A stretch of 14,692 nucleotides of DNA. Source: Promethearchaeota archaeon. Its GTDB lineage: Archaea; Asgardarchaeota; Lokiarchaeia; Sigyniarchaeales; SOKP01. A program made the translations under genes and the position numbers. Shown here in pieces: positions 7,101 through 14,692 of the stretch (position 1 is the first letter of the stretch; each line of letters begins with the position of its first letter). The notes under the pieces were generated by a model. It saw nothing but the letters and a program-made list of their open reading frames with translations, was not told where the DNA came from and searched no databases. The stretch spans positions 1 through 14,692 of the forward strand of contig JAFGGO010000110.1 of assembly GCA_016930515.1 (NCBI GenBank), written 5' to 3'.

Positions 7101-8420
7101 TACATGGTAATATATCGACTTGTTATTGATCTTGTTCGAAGTGTCAATGTTCCAAGTACGAAAGTTCTCGAGTCCGACCGAATAAAATTGTAAAGTTGAA
7201 TTGATTAACTTGTTTTCCTTAAGAGTGGCATTGAACGAAGAAGAGAAAAATAATCCCATTCTACCTCCAATTATCGTGTTATTAAAAACAGTTATATTAT
7301 TGCCGCTGACATGTATGCCTGAATTAATATTGTTTTGGAGTAAGTTTCCTGAAATACTTGTAAAACTACTAACTTCAATACCAAAATAATTTTCATATAA
7401 ATAATTGTCGTAAATAGGATTGTTATTATCGCTTCCGATCAAAATGCCAGCTCCTTCTGAATTGTGGTGAATCTCATTCTTAAAAATCTTATTGTCCCCA
7501 CATCTCGAATATAAATAAATTCCGTGATTCTTGTTATAACTAATGTTGTTTTCACTTATCGTGTTATTATTACAATCATTATAAAAATAAATCCCCCTGT
7601 TTGAGTCGTAACTATCTGAAACATCTTGAAAACATATCGTATTGTTCACAATGGAGTTGTTTAAGCAATGATAAAAAAAATATATTCCATAATCTCCGTT
7701 CTTTGAAATATAATTATCACTAAAACAATTTTCAATACAATATTGAGACATGTATATTCCAACCGCATTCCAGCTCACATTATTTCCCGAAACGATATTA
7801 CTATCAGAATTGCGATATAGCTCGATTCCATAGACATTATTCGAAACGCTATTATTCAAAATTTTATTATTAGAGGCACCATCACTCAAATATATACCAT
7901 TCATAAAATCTGTTATGGTGTTATTTAGGATGGTATTGTTATTGCTAATCCCCCCAATTTCTATGCCTCGATAAAATCCTTCGCCTTTAAAACAATTATT
8001 TTCAACTAATACATTTTCAGTATTTATTAATTCCAATGTTGCCCTCGTATCCGGTGAATTTCCCATAGAATTCAAGAAGATACAATTTCTAATTATTACA
8101 TGTGCATTTAGATTTACGATTCTAAGGCAAAAAGATAATCCTTCAGAATCAAATAAATGATTTTCAATTAGATAAGGATCAGTTATTGTGCCATTTCCAG
8201 ATACCCAATCGTAATTATTTTCTGCCCAAACCCAATCAGTGATAGTATATGCAATTGATTCGCGTAAAATCGAATCGTCTTCCTCGTTTTGGATTAGAGA
8301 ATATTGATTAGGTAAATAAATGGAATTAATTGAAATATTAAAACAAATCAAAATGCATATAAGCAAAAATTGAGATGTATTTTTTCTTTTCCAGTACTTT
8401 AAATTGATGATTTTTTTCAT
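4137..8420 (-). CDS. Large cell-surface protein: signal peptide, NosD/CASH-type right-handed beta-helix, three PKD domains, C-terminal membrane anchor
   Basis: Basic then hydrophobic N-terminus. GNGTITDPYLIEN cap motif. Dozens of 22-24-aa GIxL...NNxIxxNxIxxN rungs. NosD-type end motif GNFWDDYGGSDANGDGIG. PKD motifs WILGDG, WDFGDG and WDFGDP. C-terminal hydrophobic helix followed by KRK. Many NxS/T sequons. Confidence 0.93.
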   Translation of the reverse strand: MKKIINLKYWKRKNTSQFLLICILICFNISINSIYLPNQYSLIQNEEDDSILRESIAYTITDWVWAENNYDWVSGNGTITDPYLIENHLFDSEGLSFCLRIVNLNAHVIIRNCIFLNSMGNSPDTRATLELINTENVLVENNCFKGEGFYRGIEIGGISNNNTILNNTITDFMNGIYLSDGASNNKILNNSVSNNVYGIELYRNSDSNIVSGNNVSWNAVGIYMSQYCIENCFSDNYISKNGDYGIYFFYHCLNNSIVNNTICFQDVSDSYDSNRGIYFYNDCNNNTISENNISYNKNHGIYLYSRCGDNKIFKNEIHHNSEGAGILIGSDNNNPIYDNYLYENYFGIEVSSFTSISGNLLQNNINSGIHVSGNNITVFNNTIIGGRMGLFFSSSFNATLKENKLINSTLQFYSVGLENFRTWNIDTSNKINNKSIYYHVDEMALSSSNFTDPGQLLLINCSNSMINNLSISNAYCGIYIYSCQNLEISNITATGNTIGLGLYSSKNIQISNNNLTANEDYGMVSSNCETLTVFNNNLFKNGISIGGSLDFLRTIKLNTSNEVNDKPIYFYMDAKGLDNSNLTNAGQILLFNCSEATISDINVSSGSIGIYMYSCFNNTIKNVITSNNSKNGITLYNSNKIIMDNITANNNGWYGIFAKDTNTTTIKNSKLYHNIYNGLQFYECYENDILYNNISFTSIGITMSYSSRFNISHNNLSYNENSGLYISYLCCDNNITDNQIHHNTDGVGTMVAYRNTFENNNISANSNYGMSIDGGNNVINSNNISNNKNGIFINIYETHEFITNNTVNENSENGIILGRGASYIDVKNNKIVNNGMCGILLKQNTRDNQLSNNNASLNSYGISLISNKNNNISFNLVSNNTIFGIYLNGSCSENTIDHNMLIHNLENGIVLDNYCNKNNLTGNIVSFNREQGISLLDHCNDNLLQNNSIKYNEKHGICLDFNCSANLLLKNNIENNIMNGIIIHNNCTKNNIAQNYIKNNSESGLYFESSNQNDMISQNLIEGNKYGIYMQGTNTLNTFTFNLIANNSITGVFIENDLNVHNEFSKNNFVNNTENAREEMSSGNNAWDSGTQGNFWDDYGGSDANGDGIGEDEYPLFGAINNFDRYPLVNRSHHMYIEANCTNIVLGDKINFYFSNVIPDLPSSVEWILGDGDTCSTMNATHEYLLVGTYSIELRLNFSDGSKDSIQELDFISVSTDLKPHVNFIASPKEIIAGQQVQFNFTGNEGNTPSLYYWDFGDGTNSTEHEPNHMYLAPGTYSIRLNLTDNDGDKNSTIKVGFITVLEDLLPLSSFTANATNIVVGDSIYFQFNGSIGNGNLEFNWDFGDPSSSQENDVIHRFTSSGEYLVKLTIIDLDGDESSYQILITVLELNDSETISSWPIEISCLFGITSLVIGGFTILNKRKTCTK
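6400..7180 (-). repeat. Protein-level tandem duplication of a ~132-aa module inside the beta-helix (boundaries approximate)
   Basis: NIDTSNKINNKSIYYH...PGQLLLINCSNSMINNLSISNAYCGIYIYSCQN aligns with KLNTSNEVNDKPIYFY...AGQILLFNCSEATISDINVSSGSIGIYMYSCFN at a 396-nt offset. The copies are diverged at DNA level. Confidence 0.8.
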
Positions 8421-8616
8421 TATTCTTACCTTTTATTAATATTAAAAAGATTTCAAATGTATTCTAAAGATCCATATTTCTAAATTATCTTTTATTTGGT
8501 TTAATTTAAAATCAATTGGTAGAAAAGTGGAATTTCTTAGCGTTAATATTAATTGATTTTTTTAAAAAAGAATTCTTGAAGAAAAAGATATTAGAAAGTA
8601 TCATTACAAAGATTAT

Positions 8617-9741
8617 TTATATTGAGGAAAATCTTCTCATGTAATCAATTACTTGATAATTAGGTATGATCCAATCTGCAGCTCCTCTATCGGCAGCAAT
8701 TTTAGGCATTCCATAAAGAATACAGGTTTCTTTTGCTTCTGCTATCGTTTTACCACCGAAATTCTTTATTTTTAATAACCCCTCGACGCCATCAGCACCC
8801 ATTCCAGTAAGTAAAACGCCTAATGTGTTTTGACCATATATTTTTGCTGCAGATTTAAATAGCACATCAACAGCAGGAATACAAAAGTTTACAGGCGCCC
8901 CAATAAATGTCCTTAATGTTGGCTTATTTCCCGTTAAAATTACTTCCATATGCATTCCACCTGGAGCTAAATACACCGTATTACCCTTAATAATTTCACC
9001 ATTTTCGGGAATCTTAACCTTCAAGGAACAAATTTTATCCAAGGAATCGGAAAATTGTTCCATGAAGTCCTTATTCATGTGTTGTACTATTAATATGGGT
9101 AAGGGAAAATCTTTTGGTACAGAACTTAGAACGGATTTTAATGTTTTGGGACCTCCTACACTTGCTCCAATTACCACAACTCGATTTTTAACTACTGGTC
9201 TTTCGATTAAAGGGATTTCGTAAGTTTCAGGTGATTTAAGTTTTTCAACTAACGATTCAGGTATTATAACTAATTTATCTTGAATTGCATCGTGTTTATT
9301 AATCAATTCAATAAACGCTTCTCGACGCATTTGATAATTTTTATTAATTTTTGAGGCAATGAAAATCTTCTCAATGAGTTGTTCTCGATATTTCGGTAAT
9401 TCTTCGTCCCATTTCCCTTTTGGTTTTTGGAGATAATCGACAGCTCCCAACAAAAGGGCTTGAACGGTGAAATCCAGAGAAGTTGGATCAAGGGATGAAA
9501 AAATAATCGTTGGAATGGGATAATGTTCAGATAAAAACTCAAAGGCTTCTAATCCATCCATTTCGGGCATTACTAAATCTAATATCAGCACATCAGGATT
9601 ATATTTCCCCACCTTCTTTATGGCTTCTTTTCCGTTTCTTGCAGTAGCTACTATTTCGATTTCCTCGTGAGATTGAAGCATCTCAGATATAATTTTTCGT
9701 TGAAAAGCCGAATCTTCCGCTAATAATACTTTTATTACCAT
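8617..9741 (-). CDS. cheB: Chemotaxis response regulator protein-glutamate methylesterase CheB
   Basis: N-terminal REC domain (LLAEDS, phosphoacceptor ILDLVMPEMDG, FSS, QKP). Methylesterase triad motifs GASVGGP, VQHM and LLTGMGADG, plus PAVDVLF and YGMPK. GAGGA lies 9 nt upstream (9751-9755). Confidence 0.96.
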   Translation of the reverse strand: MVIKVLLAEDSAFQRKIISEMLQSHEEIEIVATARNGKEAIKKVGKYNPDVLILDLVMPEMDGLEAFEFLSEHYPIPTIIFSSLDPTSLDFTVQALLLGAVDYLQKPKGKWDEELPKYREQLIEKIFIASKINKNYQMRREAFIELINKHDAIQDKLVIIPESLVEKLKSPETYEIPLIERPVVKNRVVVIGASVGGPKTLKSVLSSVPKDFPLPILIVQHMNKDFMEQFSDSLDKICSLKVKIPENGEIIKGNTVYLAPGGMHMEVILTGNKPTLRTFIGAPVNFCIPAVDVLFKSAAKIYGQNTLGVLLTGMGADGVEGLLKIKNFGGKTIAEAKETCILYGMPKIAADRGAADWIIPNYQVIDYMRRFSSI

Positions 9742-9838
9742 TACCTTTAGTCCTCTTCATAATTAATGAATGAAATTTGTTAAATACATTTTGCTTTACA
9801 AAATTTCAAAACTAATTTTTAAAAAAAAGTGAAAAAAA

Positions 9839-11245
9839 TTAATCGTTTTCTTTAATCCTCATAGTTTTAAGAATTAAAAAGCTAAGAATAAAGAAAAAGG
9901 CCATTGATGTGAATGTTAAAATTATAATAATTGTATTTGACTTATTGTTACCAGTAAATATGAAAGCAAGAATAATATAAGCAATTGCGTTTCCAATAGA
10001 AAAAGTAAAATTAACAAATCCAAAATAGCTTCCAGAGAGTTTTGCAACGGATTCGTCAATATTAGAAAGATGTTCCATTTTAGCCGCTTCGGTTACTAAT
10101 AAGGCCGTCAACGGGGTGGTAAACAATCTGAAAGCGTATATGGAACCTAACAAAGTCCCTATAGTAATAACAAATATAATTACCTTAATCGTAAACGATA
10201 AATCGTTTAATAAAAATATCATTATGCAAGATGAAGTAACGATGCTAATTAGGATGACCCATTTATATGAAAATATCAAACCTTTTCGTTTTATAACAGC
10301 AACCCATAGAAAATACCACGCAATTTTATTCGAAATTGATGTGATGATGTATATATAATAGTTATTTCCGTGAAAAAGCATTACAAAGTCCAAAAACGGA
10401 ATAACGACGAATCCCATAATAGATCCAGCAATGCTGGTAAGCATGCTTATTGAAAATACTTTTCTAAATTCTTTATCTCTAGCGGGAATAGTCATGTGTT
10501 TGAAGGTTTCTTTAATACTTTTTTTCACAATTTGTTCATAGTGTATTTTTTTATGAAAAGATTCGTCAACAGAGAAAAAGGTAATAAGGATGCAAAAGAC
10601 TCCAAATGATACCACGATTAAACTGATTATGGGCATCGCAAAAAGTAAGGTTTTTCCAGAGTAGGTCCACCAGCCAACATTTTGTGGATCAACAAGAACG
10701 CTTTTAACAATTAATGGTAAAATCATTCCTATTACCGAACCAATAATAGTTAATAAGGTCGTAATTGAATTCACGTCTTCTCGATTTTTCAAGGTTTGAG
10801 ATTGCTCAGGTAGCATAGAAGCATGAGGACTAAGAATGGATTGACCTAGAACAAAGTTAATGAGGCCTATCAACCAAAAATATGCTCCAATAATACCAGT
10901 CATCGAACCATCCTGAGGATTTAGAACGGGAGGCATCCAAATTAAAACAGCGGTTATAGCCCATATAGGGAGTCCGTATAATAAAAAAGGTCGTCGTTTA
11001 CCAAACCTCCCCGGTTTTTTATTATCAACGAGTATACCAAATATAATGGCGGAAATTGCAGCTATAACTTGCTGTGAGGAGAATGCTATTAATATAAAAA
11101 GTGAATCCACATTTACGGTGTAAATGTAATAATTTGTAATGAACACATTTATAAAAATCGAATTAAGAAATACGCCAAAATTTCCAATTACATAACCATA
11201 TTTTTTTTTTCCGTGTAATTCCCGAGAAATGGCGTCTTTTTCCAT
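9839..11245 (-). CDS. MFS transporter, glycoside-pentoside-hexuronide (GPH/MelB-like) family
   Basis: About 12 hydrophobic segments, N-terminal YGYVIGNFG, GPH loop motif DNKKPGRFGKRRPFLL, and PHASMLPE...R. I prefer the ATG at 11245 (MEKDAIS..., 468 aa) over the TTG at 11263 given in the ORF track. Confidence 0.88.
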   Translation of the reverse strand: MEKDAISRELHGKKKYGYVIGNFGVFLNSIFINVFITNYYIYTVNVDSLFILIAFSSQQVIAAISAIIFGILVDNKKPGRFGKRRPFLLYGLPIWAITAVLIWMPPVLNPQDGSMTGIIGAYFWLIGLINFVLGQSILSPHASMLPEQSQTLKNREDVNSITTLLTIIGSVIGMILPLIVKSVLVDPQNVGWWTYSGKTLLFAMPIISLIVVSFGVFCILITFFSVDESFHKKIHYEQIVKKSIKETFKHMTIPARDKEFRKVFSISMLTSIAGSIMGFVVIPFLDFVMLFHGNNYYIYIITSISNKIAWYFLWVAVIKRKGLIFSYKWVILISIVTSSCIMIFLLNDLSFTIKVIIFVITIGTLLGSIYAFRLFTTPLTALLVTEAAKMEHLSNIDESVAKLSGSYFGFVNFTFSIGNAIAYIILAFIFTGNNKSNTIIIILTFTSMAFFFILSFLILKTMRIKEND

Positions 11246-11470
11246 TATAAAGAAAAGGAACAAACAATAAAGAATTTTTTTATTTATTTTAAATTTAAAG
11301 TTTTTTAAAAGAGATACAGATTATATCGTTTAATTTTTTACTCGTTATTAAGAATTAAAGCAAAATCAATAATTCCTTCTTATCTCTTTATCATATAAAT
11401 GCAATTTTTCTCAATCGCTTAAATTAAAATTCCCTTCACAAATATACCAGATTAATTTATATATAAGGCA

Positions 11471-11487
11471 AAAAGTGAGTTATATAA
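11471..11487 (+). promoter_or_regulatory. Candidate BRE/TATA for the 124-aa gene
   Basis: AAAAGTGAG-TTATATAA, with the TATA 33-40 nt upstream of the ATG at 11520. An alternative TTTATATA lies at 11456-11463. Confidence 0.35.
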
Positions 11488-11519
11488 CGATAATAAATAA
11501 AAAATAAGAAATACTTATC

Positions 11520-11894
11520 ATGTGGACACCAAAGGGAAAGTCTATAATAGTTTATAGAACCGAAGTTATATCAAGCAATATTGATAAATTATTCCATAGA
11601 TTTGTAGAAATTTTAGAACACGCGAAGATATTTATGCCCCATGATATTCAAGTTGAAGATCAAGACATAACTATAGCAGAAGTTGGTCCAAGGGAACAAT
11701 TTTCTACATTCTTCCTAACAAGTCACGACGAAAAAATTCGAATATCGTTTAAATTAATAGAAAATATTATAACTGTCGAAATGGATGCAAAAAGCAAGTC
11801 GATTAAGAAATATAAAAAACTTCTTACCCCTTACATCATCCGAAGCTTGAAAAAAGCTGTATCAGAGACAACTGAAATTTCACAGATCGCCTGA
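11520..11894 (+). CDS. Hypothetical protein, possibly helix-grip (SRPBCC/START-like) or TBP-like alpha/beta fold
   Basis: 124-aa ORF filling an otherwise empty gap, with normal composition. Pattern is strand, helix, several strands, then a long C-terminal helix. The fold is a guess. Confidence 0.7.
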   Translation: MWTPKGKSIIVYRTEVISSNIDKLFHRFVEILEHAKIFMPHDIQVEDQDITIAEVGPREQFSTFFLTSHDEKIRISFKLIENIITVEMDAKSKSIKKYKKLLTPYIIRSLKKAVSETTEISQIA

Positions 11895-11949
11895 ATCAAT
11901 CGAAATTAATTTACACCCTTCTTTACTTCAAAACTAATTTAAATAAGGT

Positions 11950-12810
11950 TTAAAGATGATTTGAAAGAGGCTTAGATAAGGTAGCGAAATGATTGAAAAT
12001 TTTATCGATAATTTTTACTGCACCCTCATCGTTTTCAATTAAAAAATAAGGACCTAAACCAATGTTTTCTTTTTCGTTTAAAAAAAAATGGATTATTTTA
12101 TTATAGCGTACGATTGAGAACGAAAATCTATCGATGCTATCAATTATTTGGAATCTTTCTTTAATTCCTGATTTTTTAATAATATTATTCAATTCAACAT
12201 TTTTACTCTCTTTTAGATCTTTAAGAATAGTTTTATCTGAGATCAAAGTCAGATTTAACTCTTCTAGTAATTTTTTTAACGAATCTCCATCGAGTGAAAT
12301 TGTTTTAAAATTATTTCTTATAATTTCGATACCTAAAGCCAAACTATTCCAACCGAGTATTTTTAATTCAATAGGTTGTTTTCCTAGTTCTGATTCGATT
12401 TGCTTAAGTAATCTATTTGAAATGTTCATAAATTGCCATTGATTCGAGACAATTTGTATTCCCTTCATAAAAGGAACGAGTTTTTTTAATAATCTTGAAG
12501 GAATCGAATGAGCTTTGAGTCTGCCGAAAATAGCACTCATTTTAGTCAAAATTTCCAAATCATTAAGCGAATCGATAATATAACTACCGAAATTAGATAA
12601 ATAATATCTTTTATTTATTTTGTACAGTAGTCGTGCATCGGACAGCTTTTTGAGGTGATCCTTTACAGTAGAAATCTTTTCTCCAATTAAATTTGCAGTA
12701 TCTGATAAATTTATCCCTTGAGGTGTTTTTGCGTGAGTTTTTAAAATTTTAATCGCTATGGGATTCGAGTAAGAGTTTAATATTTCGTTCAAATCCATAT
12801 TAATTTCCAT
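11950..12810 (-). CDS. Winged-helix transcriptional regulator with a large C-terminal effector domain (ArsR-like HTH; resembles the COG4742/DUF1724 architecture)
   Basis: SNPIAIKILK...INLSDTANLIGEKISTVKDHLKKLSDARLLYKINKRYYLSNFG is an HTH plus wing. It is followed by HSIPSRLL, similar to the IP-x-x-LL motif of that family. Divergent from the SDR gene. An alternative start at 12798 is possible. Confidence 0.8.
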   Translation of the reverse strand: MEINMDLNEILNSYSNPIAIKILKTHAKTPQGINLSDTANLIGEKISTVKDHLKKLSDARLLYKINKRYYLSNFGSYIIDSLNDLEILTKMSAIFGRLKAHSIPSRLLKKLVPFMKGIQIVSNQWQFMNISNRLLKQIESELGKQPIELKILGWNSLALGIEIIRNNFKTISLDGDSLKKLLEELNLTLISDKTILKDLKESKNVELNNIIKKSGIKERFQIIDSIDRFSFSIVRYNKIIHFFLNEKENIGLGPYFLIENDEGAVKIIDKIFNHFATLSKPLSNHL

Positions 12811-12890
12811 ACAGAGTAAATATCAATTCGAAATTATATTTATTACGGAATTTTCGCAATTTCGTTAATAATCCAAATTATTCGAAATAT

Positions 12891-12915
12891 TCATTACTTG
12901 CGATAAGAGTAATGA
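12891..12915. promoter_or_regulatory. Perfect 8-bp inverted repeat in the divergent promoter region, candidate operator
   Basis: TCATTACT-tgcgataag-AGTAATGA between the regulator and SDR start codons. Confidence 0.45.
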
Positions 12916-13050
12916 TTGTGCTTTAAGCTTTTTATTCAGGTTCCTACCGTAATATCTGGAATGACCAGCAATATAACTTAAGAATAAACAAGAATATATT
13001 AAAATTATAAGCATGAGATCAATTATTGCGAAATTTTGATGATATTGTCA

Positions 13051-13058
13051 TATATAAT
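13051..13058 (+). promoter_or_regulatory. Candidate TATA box (leaderless spacing) for the SDR gene
   Basis: TATATAAT 22-29 nt upstream of the ATG at 13080. Confidence 0.4.
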
Positions 13059-13079
13059 AATGAATAAAATGAAATAAAG

Positions 13080-14630
13080 ATGAAGCACGAAAAAGTATTA
13101 TTATTAGGAGCAAGTGGATCAATGGGATTTGAGGCATTTAAAAACCTCTGGAAAAGAAGACATAGATATGATATAGTTTTACTTTTATTGCCAACGAAAA
13201 AAGAAAAAAAAATGTTTGCTCCATTTGAAAAAAAGATGGGTATAAAATCAATCCAGAATAAAGGAGTAGTTGAAGGTAACGGTTTTAAAATTGTTTGGGG
13301 CAACGCAATAAATTACTCCGATGTTCACGAAGCTTGTAAAGGTATTGATTGGTGTCTCAGCACAATGGCATTTATTTCTCCCGCTGCAGATCGAGACCCC
13401 GAAAAAGCCAAGAGTGTAAATGTAACGGCAATAAAAAACGTGATTAAAGCAATAGAATCACAACCTAATGGATCTCAGCATATAAAATTAATATATACAG
13501 GATCTGTTGCCCAAACAGGAGATCGTTTGGAAAAAATTCACATGGGAAGGGTTGGAGATCCCTTAAATCCTAGCGTTTTTGATTATTACGCAATAACTAA
13601 AATCATGGGTGAAAGGGCAGTAATCGAATCAAATATCAAGCATTGGGTTTCCTTGCGCCTTACTTTCATTATGATTCCTAATGTGTTTTCCTTATTGGAT
13701 CCAATATTATTTCATCAGCCAATAAATACCTTTATGGAAAATATCACTGCTCGAGACGCTGGAAGGGGGCTAATAAATTGTTTGGACATTCCAGATGACT
13801 CAAATTTTTGGCGAAAAGTGTATAACATGTCAGGAGGTCCTTCGTGTCGAACAACCTTTTATGACTTTTTCAATAAGAACATGGAGATTTGCGGTTTAGG
13901 GAATATAGAGGAATTAACTGAAAGAAATTGGTTCGCTCTTCGAAATTTCCACATGCAATATTTTGAGGATAGTTTTATATTAAACGATTATATTCATCAT
14001 TGGAGGGATTCGATGAACGATTATTACAAAATCCTCAAAAAAAATCGTCCACAATATCTTAAATTAATCTCAAAAATAATAAAACATTCAAAAACATTAA
14101 AAAAGATCGTTCAAAAAGCAACTTATGACCGCCTTAAAAAATTGGCAATGGAAAAATCAGGACCGTTATATTGGGTAAATACTAAGAATAATTTGAGGAT
14201 CTCAGCATTTTTTAGAGATATCGAAACCTACAATTCCATTCCCAAATGGGGTATTGATATGCCTTCAATGGATCCAGAACCTGAATGGATGAGATTAAAT
14301 CATGGTTATCAAGAGGATAAATTTAATTTAACAATAGAAGACTTAAATAAAGCAGCTCTATTTAGGGGAGGGCAATGTAATTCTATAATTTGGAACGGAA
14401 ATATGTACTCGAAATTAACATGGCGATGCGCTTTTGGACACGAATTTTCGGCAAGACCATTTACGATTATTAAGGCAGGTCATTGGTGTCCTAAGTGTCT
14501 CCCTCCTCCTTGGAATAATGATGAACAAGCCAAATTGAATCCTTTCTTCGCCCAGGTTTGGCGAATCAATCACAGAGAGGATGAAAATAATTTTTATCCT
14601 CCAGATTGCTATTTAGATATAGTAATATAA
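13080..14630 (+). CDS. Extended SDR (NAD-dependent epimerase/dehydratase / 3-beta-HSD-like) with a C-terminal zinc-ribbon domain
   Basis: Rossmann motif VLLLGASGSMG, VNV, YTGSVA and catalytic YAITK (YxxxK). C-terminal RGGQC...LTWRCAFGHEF...GHWCPKC. Confidence 0.9.
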   Translation: MKHEKVLLLGASGSMGFEAFKNLWKRRHRYDIVLLLLPTKKEKKMFAPFEKKMGIKSIQNKGVVEGNGFKIVWGNAINYSDVHEACKGIDWCLSTMAFISPAADRDPEKAKSVNVTAIKNVIKAIESQPNGSQHIKLIYTGSVAQTGDRLEKIHMGRVGDPLNPSVFDYYAITKIMGERAVIESNIKHWVSLRLTFIMIPNVFSLLDPILFHQPINTFMENITARDAGRGLINCLDIPDDSNFWRKVYNMSGGPSCRTTFYDFFNKNMEICGLGNIEELTERNWFALRNFHMQYFEDSFILNDYIHHWRDSMNDYYKILKKNRPQYLKLISKIIKHSKTLKKIVQKATYDRLKKLAMEKSGPLYWVNTKNNLRISAFFRDIETYNSIPKWGIDMPSMDPEPEWMRLNHGYQEDKFNLTIEDLNKAALFRGGQCNSIIWNGNMYSKLTWRCAFGHEFSARPFTIIKAGHWCPKCLPPPWNNDEQAKLNPFFAQVWRINHREDENNFYPPDCYLDIVI

Positions 14631-14692
14631 TTTAAATTATATAAATATCTTTAAAATATTATTTTATCATCAGATAAAATAATTAATTTAAA

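Noticed and set aside
5874-7389. Plus-strand ORFs 5874..6251, 6381..6602, 6427..6711 and 7201..7389
   Set aside because: Ile/Leu-rich antisense products of Asn-rich codons in the beta-helix gene.
4137-8420. True nosD (N2O reductase maturation), a DGR target, or a CRISPR-like repeat array
   Set aside because: No nos genes or reverse transcriptase in the window, and no near-identical DNA repeats were seen. The periodicity is at protein level only.
8436-8552. Two copies of the palindrome TTAATATTAA (8436-8445 and 8543-8552)
   Set aside because: Pure A/T sequence in a very AT-rich spacer, so chance is a sufficient explanation.
9148-9168. CheB GASVGG instead of the common GASTGG as a sign of inactivation
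   Set aside because: The catalytic Ser, His and Asp are all present, and this position varies among CheB proteins.
9303-13303. ORFs 9303..9542, 10116..10358, 12134..12442 and 13019..13303
   Set aside because: Alternate-frame or antisense overlaps of cheB, the transporter, the regulator and the SDR.

Overview
AT-rich archaeal chromosomal window. The gene content points to an Asgard archaeon, probably Lokiarchaeia (inference). Ten protein-coding genes are supported. From left to right on the minus strand: (1) a Rag/Gtr-like small GTPase with a C-terminal roadblock-like domain, absent from the ORF track because it runs off the left edge (1..896); (2) a ferredoxin-FrhB/FpoF-like F420-interacting flavo-Fe/S protein with an extra C-terminal Ig-like domain; (3) a membrane protein; (4) a small winged-helix protein; (5) a 1427-aa NosD-type beta-helix + 3xPKD surface protein; (6) a locally orphan cheB; (7) a GPH/MelB-family MFS transporter that appears to lack the cation-coupling aspartates. 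Then (8) a 124-aa hypothetical on +, (9) a wHTH regulator on -, and (10) its divergent partner on +, an extended SDR with a C-terminal C-H-C-C zinc ribbon. I saw no RNA genes, CRISPR arrays or mobile elements. The best candidate for an undescribed system is the adjacent FrhB-Ig fusion / Rag-like GTPase pair, but the functional link is only a hypothesis. All family calls come from motif recognition by eye, not from searches.
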